From the NCBI GenBank assembly GCA_001179505.1, contig CDMY01000201.1, forward strand, positions 105,126 through 169,125: a stretch of DNA of 64,000 nt. Reading direction: 5' to 3'. The position numbers and the translations under genes were made by a program. The notes beneath the pieces are model-generated. The model saw only the letters and a program-made list of their open reading frames with translations. It was not told where the DNA came from and did no database searches. The stretch is from Vitrella brassicaformis CCMP3155 (lineage: Eukaryota > Protista > Chromerida). Positions 27,136-38,260 of the stretch are shown piece by piece. Position 1 is the first letter of the stretch; each line of letters opens with the position of its first letter.

Positions 27136-27943
27136 ATGGATCCGTCCATTGCCGTGTCAGTCTTCTGGCTGGTGCTCTCCCTGCTGCGGCAGGCCCTGCA
27201 CCTCTGCATCAACATCGCCGGGTACCTGATCAGGATCATCCTGACCGTCCTGCCGACCATCATCCATGGGTTGGCCAGCCTCGTGTGGGAGCTCACGGTG
27301 GAGGCCTGCCGTCAACTCGGGTGGAAGATGACCACGGCCATCATGCTCATGGGCATCGGGGCTATCGTCATCGGAGGGTTCGCGTTGCACTGGTGCGCCG
27401 CGGCCCTGGCGTCCACTCGTCGGGCCCGACCTGTACCTGCGCCCCGGCCGTACCGTCGTCATGTGATTGGGGGGGATGTATGGGTCCGCAAGGCTGCACG
27501 GCCGCGTCAAATCGAGAATGAGAACCGACAAGACGATGCAGAGGGGGATGCCACCTGTGAGCGCGCGGCACAGACACGGTGTTGTTGTTGTGATTCTGTC
27601 TGTGTGCGTGTGTGTGTGTGTGTGTGCGTTGTGGGTCTGCTCCTTATTGCAGGTGGCATATGTGCTTCGAGTATGAGAGGGTTGAGCGTCCGCCAGTACC
27701 CCTGCTGCATGAGCAAGGTCCGTTCTGTGAACAAAAGCAAGAAAAGTTATCCATCCATCCATCCGTCGAGGTGTGCATGTGTCACAGGTGTGCACGTCGT
27801 GTTACAAGACATGGCGGGTGGAGAGGGGTACGTGCCCCTACTGCAATGTCGACCTGGACCAGCTGGAGCGCAAGGCCAAACTGATGGAACGCATGGCGCT
27901 GCATGGCGACGCCATCCGGAGGGCCCGCCGCACATGCCTCTGA
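27136..27943 (+). CDS. Membrane-anchored RING-finger protein (putative E3 ligase); exons 27136-27556, 27653-~27716, ~27789-27943
   Basis: N-terminal hydrophobic helices. Spliced C-terminus T|CGICASSMRGLSVRQYPCCMSK|VCTSCYKTWRVERGTCPYC has RING cysteine spacing. Confidence 0.82.
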
Positions 27944-28548
27944 AAGAGACACAGGGGGGAGGGGATGTCCTCATTCCTTTGGGTGTGCTAGTTGGTGTTG
28001 TGTTGTTTGTGGGTGGATAGCATTTGCTGGCTTCTTGCCCTCGCTTTGCTGATGACATTTGCTCTTTTGCCGTTTCTCGCGCAAGGCGACTGGCTTATTT
28101 GATGGACGAAAGCCTCTGTTCAATGGCCGTGAATGTGATGTATGTTGTACAACCAATATTGAAGATTCAGTTCCACTCCAACATTGTTCAAGATCTGCCG
28201 GCGTCAAGCCATGCTGTCCCGCATGACTTCGCCCAGTCGACCAGAGAGGATATCTCGCATGCTGGTCGACTGCGCCTTTTCACGCGTCATACAGGCAGGC
28301 AGGCAGGCCAACCAGCCCACAAAATACAACACCTCTGTCGGCCTTTGCTCATCGTGTGGCCCATCCGTGCCTCGGTAGCTAGCCCATGTCATTCATGTAG
28401 CTAGCCCATGTCAGATGTCACCACCTCACCAGACACACGCAGATGGGCCATCACAGTCACGAGAAGCCAACAAGACCACACAATATATATGCACACACCC
28501 GCCGAGCCCACCTGTCTCTCGCAGTCTGTCTGTGAGCCTACGTATCTA

Positions 28549-31363
28549 TTAGCTAGTGCCCACCCGCCCGGCATTGCCTCTGCTGTTGGCTTGTGTGACG
28601 ACGCCGTAGAGCGCCTGCTGGCACCCCAGGATCTCGATGGCCGACGGGCGGCTGCTCGACAAATCGCCGCTCTCGTTCAGGAAAAAGGGGACGGCAAACT
28701 GGTTCGGCAGACGGCCGTTCACTGACACACACAGCCCCAGAGAACGAGCAGACTGTGTGGGCGTGTGTGTGTGTGTGTGTGTGACGGCCGACCTTTCTTG
28801 TAAGGTGTATTGCCCCTCTTCTGTCGCTGTCTGTCGACGCGGTTGTCCCACTGGCGACACTCATCCTCATACGCCTCAAGATCCACCACAGGCACCTGTC
28901 AGACACATTAATGTGACACACACACATCGATGAGAGGTCAGCTAGACACACAGTACGCGGCTATGCCATGACGACTGACTGACTGACCTGGTCGTTTGGC
29001 AGGAAGAGCAGCACGAGCGGCGGCTGGAAGTCGACTGCATTGGGGGCGTCCACCATGCTCACATCCGACAACTGCGACTCGCCCATCGCTGCTGCTGCGT
29101 CGTCCTGCTCGTCATCGCGTGCCTCGTCCTGCGCTGGATCTTCCTCCTGCTCGCGGCCCATCCGCAGGCCCTTGCGCACGCCACCGCTCTCCCACCGACC
29201 TGCAATCCATCAACGAACCGACAGCAGTGTCTGGTGTGTGGGAGAGGGGGGGTTGCAAGCTGTGTGTGTGTGCGTGGTCACGTTTGAGGTTGTTGAGTAT
29301 GTTGGTGTTTTTGAAGAAGACCGCACCCATCGCCGTGTCCTTGGAGTTCACACCCTCAGGCAACACCTGTTGTCGGCCACACACACACACACACACACGC
29401 ACACAATGTCCTGTGCCTGTCTTGTCTCCTTCACCCACCCGATACGACAACTCACCCCGCTTGGTGCGCCGATGATCTGCATGTATCTGTAGTCGAATTT
29501 TGCGGGCAGGTCGGCCCCCGCCAGCCGGGTCACGTCGGTGGGGTGGTCGAGCATCGAGGGCGGCACGTAGGGGAGGCGAATGTACTCATCCACCGTCTTC
29601 TGCAGCTTCAGGAAGCAGTAGGCCGTCACCGCATCTTGCCTTAGTCAGGGAGGGGGGGGGGAGGGAGCGCCAGACAGAGATGGATGGACGGATGGATGGA
29701 TGTGTGTGTGTCAGACTTTGCTCACTGGGTGTGCTGGTCTGCGTTGTCTTCGGTCAGTTCCAGGGGGTCGAGCTGGCAGAGACCCAACGGATCATTCGCA
29801 AAGGCTGCAGTGCAGGACAGACAACACAGTGCCATGCCATGCCACCCACCCCCCTCTCTGCCGTTGCAACCCTCCCTCCCATCCGAGAACTCACTCACTC
29901 TGCAGGAAGTATCTGCTGAGGACAATACGCCAGGGCAGCCTTCGCTCGTGCGACCCTCTTTCTCCCTCCGACGACCCACTGGTGCCCACGCTGCCTCTGC
30001 TCTTCCGCACCCCCGAGCAGTAGGCTTCATACCTCTGGCGAATCTCCCTCGCCTCGTCCTCATCGTACCCCTCAGCCTCGTCCGCGTAGCCGTACTCGCC
30101 GGCCAGCGTGTAGAGGGCCTTCCGCATGGCTGCCAGGTCCTGTGGTGGGCGGTGCTGGTCGTCGTCGGGTGGGGGCTGGGAGAGGGAGGTGTTAAGCTGG
30201 GAGATGAACTTGAGGGCGTCGTCGCCCTGCTCGTCGTATACGCAGCGGCAGATGGGGTCCTGACAGACAGACAGGTGGAGTCAACGAAGGGGTGAGTGTG
30301 GCTTCTTCTGGCGTGTGTGGTGTGCAGGGAGGAGAGGAGATGAGTCGCACCAGCAGGATCTGGTATGCCGTGGTAAGACGCTGGAAGCTGAGTGCGTCCC
30401 CACCCTTGTCGGGGTGACATCTGACGGCCTCGCGACGGTACGCCTGATGCACCACACACACACACACACAAGAAGACACCTATGCACAGATTGATGGAAT
30501 GGGCATTCCACCTCTCTCACCGCACGGACGCCACGCACCTTTTTGATGTCTTCCTGTGTGGCGTGGCGACTGATGCTGAGCTCGTCATAGAGCTCGTAGG
30601 TCTTCCAGAATGAATCACTGCCACCAACACCTGCATGAGCGAAATTAACCAAACATACAGACAGACCAACACAGGCATGGGAATCTGTGTGTGGGTGTCA
30701 AGGTGAAGCGACTGACCGTATGCGACCGACACGTCGTTGTCTTGTGAGTGTGCGGCAGTGCGATCACTGGCCGCACCCCGCCGTCCCTTGCGCTTCAACC
30801 GACTCTCAGACACGCGGGGACCGCTCTTGGCTGCACGAGCAAAGCAACCAACCACCATTCATGATGACACAAACCGTACTGGTGTGTGTCATTCTCTTGC
30901 GTGCCTACGTTTAGGGGCAGGTTGTCCATCCAACTCGACGCCCTCATCGAACACATCGCTCAGCGTCAACTCACTCGCCACCTTGCGCTTGCTGAATCGC
31001 ATCACACACACATACACACACACACACACGTGTGTCCATCCATCCATATGTGTGGAGAGGGAGGGAAGTCAATAGAGAGGCAGCGGCGGCGTATCCGCAC
31101 CCACCCGATGGCATCCAGCAGGCTGCTGCGCCACTCCATCAGACACAAAGAATCGGAGCGGAAAAGGGGCGGTGTGATTCATCCATCGTTCGTGCTGCCG
31201 ATGTGCCTGTAGTGGTCGATACATACCTGTTGTCCTTCTTCTTCCCCAGCAGCCAGGCAGGCTTATCAGCAGGACGCTCAGGCCCTCTGCACACACACAC
31301 ACACACACAGCCATCGCCGCCCGGGCCCTGCCCGCTGATGGTGCCAGCTCACCTTCCGTACAT
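28549..31363 (-). CDS. J-domain (DnaJ) protein with a long unrecognised C-terminal region
   Basis: YELYDELSISRHATQEDIKK|AYRREAVRCHPDKGGDALSFQRLTTAYQIL|DPICRCVYDEQG has an intact HPD. About 300 aa of in-phase downstream exons follow. Start MYGR|GPERPADKP is tentative. Confidence 0.82.
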
Positions 31364-31673
31364 GACGCCGTACGACAGAGCAGATGAATGGTCCTGCGGA
31401 CGTCCTTCTGATGTCCACTACAAGTCACTGCTACCGAGAGGGCGGCGATTCGAATCAAGCTATTTCACCGTTTTTTCTCGACAGTGTGGTCAGTATCCCA
31501 TCTGCGCAGTCCTCCGCGGCGCCCATCTTCCGCCCTTTGCCGGTAAAGCGTGCGAGCTTAGAGGCTGCAAGGCAGAAGAGCGGGAGATCTTCGCTTCCCT
31601 TCGCCAAATGCGGCGTGTGTTGGGTTCCAGATCTGCGTGCATAATGACGCGCAATTGACGAAGGCACAGAGGA

Positions 31674-33999
31674 ATGTCTTCAGCATCGCCTCCTCCCGGA
31701 GGAGGCAAGGTCAACTGGGAGCTATGGATCTTGCGGGCAGTCGGCGTCGGCGTGGCCCTGTACATCGTCCCAAGATGGGTGCACTTCCTGTCCTTCCTCG
31801 TCAGCAACTCGCGGCGGCCGTCGAGGGAGGAGCAGCAGCTGGTGCTGAGGAGCCTCTCCATCCTGGAGGACCACGCTCGCTCCAAGGAGGCATCAATCAC
31901 ACACCAGATCACTCTCGAGGAGCTCGGCGGCATCGATGAGCAAGACACTGCTGCTGGTGTGGAACCAGTATCAGGGGCAAGGGAGATGCCGATGGCTCCA
32001 TTCTGGACGAGCGGGTCGAGTGCTCTGAGCAGTGCTGAGGTGGAGCTGTATGGGCGGCAGCTGATCTTGCCGCAGCTGGGCGTGGCCGGCCAGGTGAGGC
32101 TCAAGGAGAGCTCGGTGCTGGTGGTGGGGGCCGGCGGCCTGGGGTCACCTGTCTGCCTCTATCTCGCTGCCGCTGGCATCGGTGAGGGCCTGAGGGAGAG
32201 GGGGGCGCACTGGATGGATGGATGGATGGATGGATGGATGGTGTGTGCAGGTCGGTTGGGTATCATGGATGGCGACGCAGTGGCGATGACTAATCTGCAT
32301 CGGCAGGTCATCCACAATGCCGCCCGCTGCGGCACCAACAAGGCCATATCGGCCAAGCAAACGTGCCAGCACCTCAACAAACAGGTCAGTCAGTCAGTCA
32401 CATGGGCAGAAAGAAACCCTTCATGAGAAGTGAATCCCTGTAGATCTGTTATTGCCATGGCCATGCTGGGTCAGATTCGCATCGATGCCCACGACACGCC
32501 CCTCACTCCGTCCGTCGCCGAGCGTGTGGTGCCGCAATACGACGTCCTGGTCGACTGCACTGACAACCCCGCTGCACGGTGCACACATGCACACACACAC
32601 ACACGCGCGCGAACCAAAGCAACCCTGTTTTCTTCGTCTGGTGTGTGGTCAGGTACCTTCTGAATGACGCTGCCGTGCTGTTCAACAAGCCGGTTGTGTG
32701 CGGCAGCGCGTTACGTTGGGAGGGCCAGCTGTGGGTCTACAACTACCGCAGCGGCCCATGCTACCGGTGCCTGCACCCGCAGCCCCCTCACCGGCTGGAC
32801 CAGAGCGGCCCAGAGGGGCTGTTCAACGCCCTCTCGCCTGGCGGGGGGGCCTGCGACATGGAGGGCGTCATTGGCACTGCTCCGGGGACCATCGGTGTCA
32901 TGCAGGTGCGTAGGTCAGACGCGGGATGGATGGATGGATGGCATGTGGTGTGTCTGGCGATTGAGTGCTTCCTTGGTGCAGGCGATGGAGGTGCTGAAGG
33001 TGTGTGGCGGTCTGGGCGACCACAGCATAGGTGCCAGCAACAGGATGGTCATGTATGACGGGCTCGACGCCGAGGGTCCATTTCGGTCCATCAGGCTGCG
33101 CACCAAACGACCCACGTGTGCAGGTACGTTACCTTGCACAGCTGGCAGCTGTGTCGCGATTGGGTACATGGCATATAGCGCATTCATTCGTTTATCGCGT
33201 GTAAATGGTGTTGTCTTTGTGGCAGTGTGTGGCGACCACCCATCAATATCCTCTCTCCAGGTAAGGTACCTGCAAGCCCACACACACAATATGCTGGCAC
33301 CACACACACACACACACACACAACATGTTATCCTCCTTGTGTCAATCAGGATTCTCCTGACGACTACATCGACATGTGCCCCGCCGACCTGCTGCCCCCC
33401 CTCCCCCCCTCTGCCCACGTCAAGCCCTCACAGCTGGCGTCGCATCTTCACCGGCACCCGCCCAGTGAGGCCAACCTGTCGGCGCCCCCACGGGTGCCTC
33501 CCATTCTGCAAGACGACAACACCTACCAGCAGCAAGTGGGTGGTGGTGATGGTGGTCTGGGTGCCGTGTCTGTAGTGGATGTGCGGCCGAGCGCCCACTA
33601 CGCCGTGTCGCACGTCAGGCACTCCCTCAACCTTCCCATTGACCAGATACTCAGCCAATCCAAAGAGGTGCCGACACACAAAGCACGCAGCTCATGACTG
33701 CCCACCCCTGTGTGTTTCAGGAGCTGCTGGCGAGGTTGCGAGGGCCGCGGGGAAACAACAGGGGGGCCCCTCCATCGCCGGTGTCGTATGTGGTGGTGTG
33801 TCGGCGTGGCAACGACTCGAGATTGGCCGTGTCAAAGCTGAGAGACCTCTTCCAGGAAGAGGCTGATGACGATCAGGGCGGCGGAGGAGAGGGAGGAGAG
33901 GGGAGGGAGGAGAAAGGCTGTACTTTCCTGAACCTGCAAGGCGGGTTGGAGGCGGTGCGGCGCAACGTGGAGCCGACGGAGGCGATGCCACTCGTGTGA
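31674..33999 (+). CDS. MOCS3: Adenylyltransferase/sulfurtransferase MOCS3/UBA4 (ThiF-E1 plus rhodanese) with an N-terminal hydrophobic extension; start uncertain
   Basis: [70 protein letters not shown] and the rhodanese loop [10 protein letters not shown]. Confidence 0.93.
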
Positions 34000-34384
34000 C
34001 TGACAGACAGGAGATAGATGAGGTGGGTGGCTCATTTATGTCGTTCGTCTCTCTGCACTGCATGTGTGATGAGACAGACGGATGTATGGTGCCATGGAGG
34101 CGAGGCGATTAACAAGGGAGCAGAGAGCTGTGATTTTTCTCTCGTGCTGTATGCTGAAAGGTCGCTGTGTGCATCTCAAATACTATGTATGACGACGCGA
34201 CGCGACGCTTGTGACGATGATGATGTATGTCAATCAATCAATCAATCAATCACACTCAGTCAGTCGCGCGAGACAGTCTTGCAAACAGGTCACGCGCTGA
34301 CTCTCTCACCCGCAACTAAAAAAACCCGAGCTGGCACCTCACGCACACATAAATTCTTCTGTCTTTCGACCACCCTCTCATTTG

Positions 34385-35028
34385 TTAGTCCTCGTGTGTG
34401 GGGTCGGCAGCGGTGCCGTTGTCCGCTGCCCGCGAGCGGGAGCTGCCCCTCTTCTTCTCCTTCTCCTTGTCCTTGTCCTTGGCAGCGGCAGCAGCAGCAC
34501 CGCCCGCCTTCTCCTTCTCCTTGTCCTTGCTGTCCTTGTCTTTCGCCACCTCCTCCTCATAACCTGCGGGCGGCGCCTCTCTGCAGACAGACATAGCAGG
34601 CACATGCACACAGGCGCACTAGATGCGATGCGGGAGTGTGAGTGTTGTGTTGGTCACCTAAGGCTGAGCAGGCAGACGAGGATTGAAAAGAGGAGGATGT
34701 GCGTGAGGTTGTAGTCGAACGACCGCTTGAAGGGAAATATCCTCTGCAACACCTGCAAACACACACACACAAGCACACACACACAGATGGACAGTAGACA
34801 AAGATCACCGTAACAATAGACACACCCGTTCAGGTGGGGTGTCTGCCTGCCTGCCTGCCTGCCCGCCCTCTGCTGACTGACCATGCCAGCCTTGCCGAAG
34901 TTCTTTTGCGGGTCGACGATCATGCTGTAGAACTCCCCGAAGAGGAAGAGCATCAGCGCCGACAGGCTCATGAGGAACACAGCCATCACCAGGCTGTCCA
35001 GGAAACGAGACGTCGCCACTATCGCCAT
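34385..35028 (-). CDS. Small two-TM membrane protein with a charged Lys/Asp/Glu tail, unknown function
   Basis: Three exons: MAIVATSRFLDSLVMAVFLMSLSALMLFLFGEF..., VLQRIFPFKRSFDYNLTHILLFSILVCLLSL, EAPPAGYEEEVAKDKDSKDKEKEK. Confidence 0.75.
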
Positions 35029-35229
35029 CGCTACGGTGAAGAATCAACTTTCGATGTGCCTCCGACGGCCTGCTGGACCTCTCCCTTCGTCTTTGCTTCT
35101 CTGCGGGGCGATCTGGCATCTGCGAGCTTGACCTTTTCCTCCTGGAGATGACAGGCCTCTTTTTGAGGATGCGTGTGAATGTGGCAAGCGCTCTTCTTGA
35201 AGAATGAATGGGAGATCTTGCTTACCACC

Positions 35230-37505
35230 ATGCTCTTCACTTCAACTACCCTTGTGGCCCTCGTCTGCCTACTGAGTGAAGCTGTGACAGCAGGTGGTGG
35301 TCGACGTCACCAAGGCAGCAGCCTCTCATCATTCGTCCATCCGCTCATTGCGATGAGTCGCAAGCGAAGGCGGCTTTCATCTGATGCTCTCCACAGAGTC
35401 CAACAGGGCCATGCATCTTCTTCCCTCGAAGAGTCGTCTATTGGTCAGGATGCCGCTGATGACACCATCTACGCTCTTTCATCGGGCTCTGGCAAAGCCG
35501 GCGTGGCAGTCATCCGCATTAGCGGCCCGCTGTCACCTCTCATCCTGCAGCTGCTGACGACCGACCCCTCTACTCGTCCCTGCAGCAGCAGCAGCAGCAA
35601 TGCAATCCCCTATCACGGTCTGAGACCCCTCCCTCCCCCCCGACAGGCCGTCCTTCGCCGCATCTATGATCCTTTGGTGGGCGAGCTGCTCGACCAGGGC
35701 CTGGTGATGTGGTTCCCTTCCCCCCACTCCTTCACTGGCGACGACACTGTGGAGCTTCATTTGCACGGAAGCCGGGCGGTCATCGAAGGAGTGTTTGAGG
35801 CCTTCAGGAGGCTGCAGAACGCTCTGGTGGAGGGATGGGGTGAGGTTCGGGTGAGGTTTGATGGTCTCCGTCCGGCGGAGCGGGGCGAGTACACAAGGCG
35901 GGCTTTCGAGAATGGCAGACTGGACCTGATGGAGGTGAGGTGGGTGACCTGACACGCAGGCCGGTCGGTGTGTCGTCGGTCCACTGATGCATGCCGTGTG
36001 CCATGCCATGCAGGTTGAGGGTCTGGCTGATCTGATAGCTGCTGACACCTCGTCGCAGCGGCAGCAGGCCATCCGTCAGATGCGGGGCGGCCTCAGTGCG
36101 GTTTACGAGAGGTGGCGGCACGAGCTCACCTCGGCGCTGGCATGGCTGGAGGCCGCCATTGACTTCGGTGACGACGACGTCCAAAACGATGTCGAGGAAC
36201 AGAGGACAATGCAGGTACGAAGACAGGTCTACAAGCAGATCAACAACACACGACAGCGAGAGCTGCACCTGCACATGGCATGTGTGTCGTGTCGTGCAGC
36301 GTGTGCGTGAGAGAGTGGATGCACTTGTTGAGTCGATGGAGAGGGCCCTCAAAGACAACAGGCGGGGCGAGATCGTCCGCAGCGGTGTCCGAGTGGGCCT
36401 CTTCGGCCCCCCCAACGCTGGCAAGTCCTCCCTCCTCAATGCCCTCGCCCGGCGGCCCGCAGCCATCGTGTCGTCGACACCAGGGACCACTCGTGACCTC
36501 ATCGAGGTGCCCATCGACCTCTCTGGTGTGCCTGTCATCGTCACCGACACGGCTGGCATAAGGGAGGGCGGTCCTGTGAATGACCATGGTGATGGTGACG
36601 AGAGGGCGGCTGTCGATCCTGTGGAGGTGGAGGGTATGCGGCGCAGCTGGAAGGCTCTAAAGGGATGTCAGATCGGCGTGCTGGTGCTGGATCTGTCTGT
36701 CAGGGCGTCAGGTGCGCCGGGTGATGACCATCATGGTGGCAGCGTGAAGTGGCTGATCGAGCCGCTGCGGGACATGCAGATGGATGGCGAGGGGCCGTCC
36801 TTTCTGCTGGTGGTGCTGAACAAGGCCGACCTGCAGCAGCCGACAGGCGGCCTGCTCGCAAGAGTGACGACTGCCATCAGAGAGACCATGGGCGGCAAGT
36901 GGGCGGATGAGCGATGCGAGACGATTGCCGCCAGCTGCCCTGTTATCGACATCGGTGCCAACCTGGGTGATGTGCATATGGGTCAACTAGACGGCATCGA
37001 TGGTGTGGAGAGGGCTCTGGGCGAGGTGGTGCAGAAGGCCGTGTACGGCGATCCAGGCAGGGCGGGTGGCGGTGGGTTGGGTGATGTGGATGTCATCATC
37101 ACTCGTGAGAGGCACCGGGTGCACCTGCAGAGCTGTGTGGAGGCACTCAGGCGATTCAAAGGTGTGGAGTGGACACACGGGGGGGGTGGGTGGGTAAGAG
37201 TATCCGAGCAGCCATCCGTCTCTTGGCGCCGTTGTTCTCCTTCCGCTGTGTGTCAGATGACCCCAGCATGCCTCTCGACCTGGCGTGCGAAGAGCTGCGG
37301 TACGGAGGCAGTCCGACCCCTTACTTACAGAGACATCTGACACTCGCGCCACTCTGTTCTGATATCCCTCCGTTTCTCTGTCTGTGTGTGTGTTCTGTAT
37401 GTGTCTGTCAGTGTTGCTGTCCGGTCGCTGGGGCGTGTGGTGGGTGCGGTGGATGTGGAGGAGATATTAGACGTCATATTCAGAGACTTCTGCATTGGCA
37501 AATGA
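35230..37505 (+). CDS. mnmE: tRNA U34 modification GTPase MnmE/TrmE (GTPBP3/MSS1) with a bipartite-type leader
   Basis: [59 protein letters not shown]1 [10 protein letters not shown]2 GTTRD, G3 DTAGIR, G4 NKAD and terminal FRDFCIGK*. Confidence 0.96.
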
Positions 37506-38260
37506 ACGATAAGACAGACGGCATGTGATGTGAGATGGCCGACTGTCATGCATCTCGATCGATGGGACAGAGAGAGGTGTGCAATGCACGTACGTCGACT
37601 TTCACTCACCACGCGGACAGTCACTCTGTCATACACACACTCTGCCATGGAGGCACACACATACAGCTAGCCGGACTGATAGATACATAGTGACTGACAC
37701 ATGCAGTAGATCGACGTAGATATGAAGAGATGGAGGGCTACACACAGACGAGACGAGACGAGACGCACGAACAGACCACGTAACAGACCCACCCACCTGG
37801 GCCGGCCCGGTGACCCATTTGTCCCCACACCCATCAGAAAGAGGCTAGGCATGGAAGGAAACTCAGCCATCGATCAGCAGCTGGTCTACACCGGACGTGT
37901 GTCAGGACATGCGCTCGGCAGCTGAAGAGTTGCGGCAGCAGATGAATGCGGTCAGGAAGGAAGTGATGCATGAGGGAATGGGCTGGACCGAAGGCATGTG
38001 GTCAGTAGGATTGATCAAGTCAGATGGTGTCTTTGTCAAGAGAGACAGAGAGAGATGAGTGCCACAGACAGGGGCTGTACAGTCACTCAATCGTCATTGA
38101 TGTATGCTGATACCTCCTGTCTCTCGATGTTAGCTACGTTGGCTCTTTTGTTGGCCAGGGTGGACCCATCGTTGCAATGGCAACAATGGGTCCACCCTCA
38201 CCAGCAATGACACCGCCGCAGCTAACACCGAGGAGGTACAAACACGTCAGCATCATGCGG

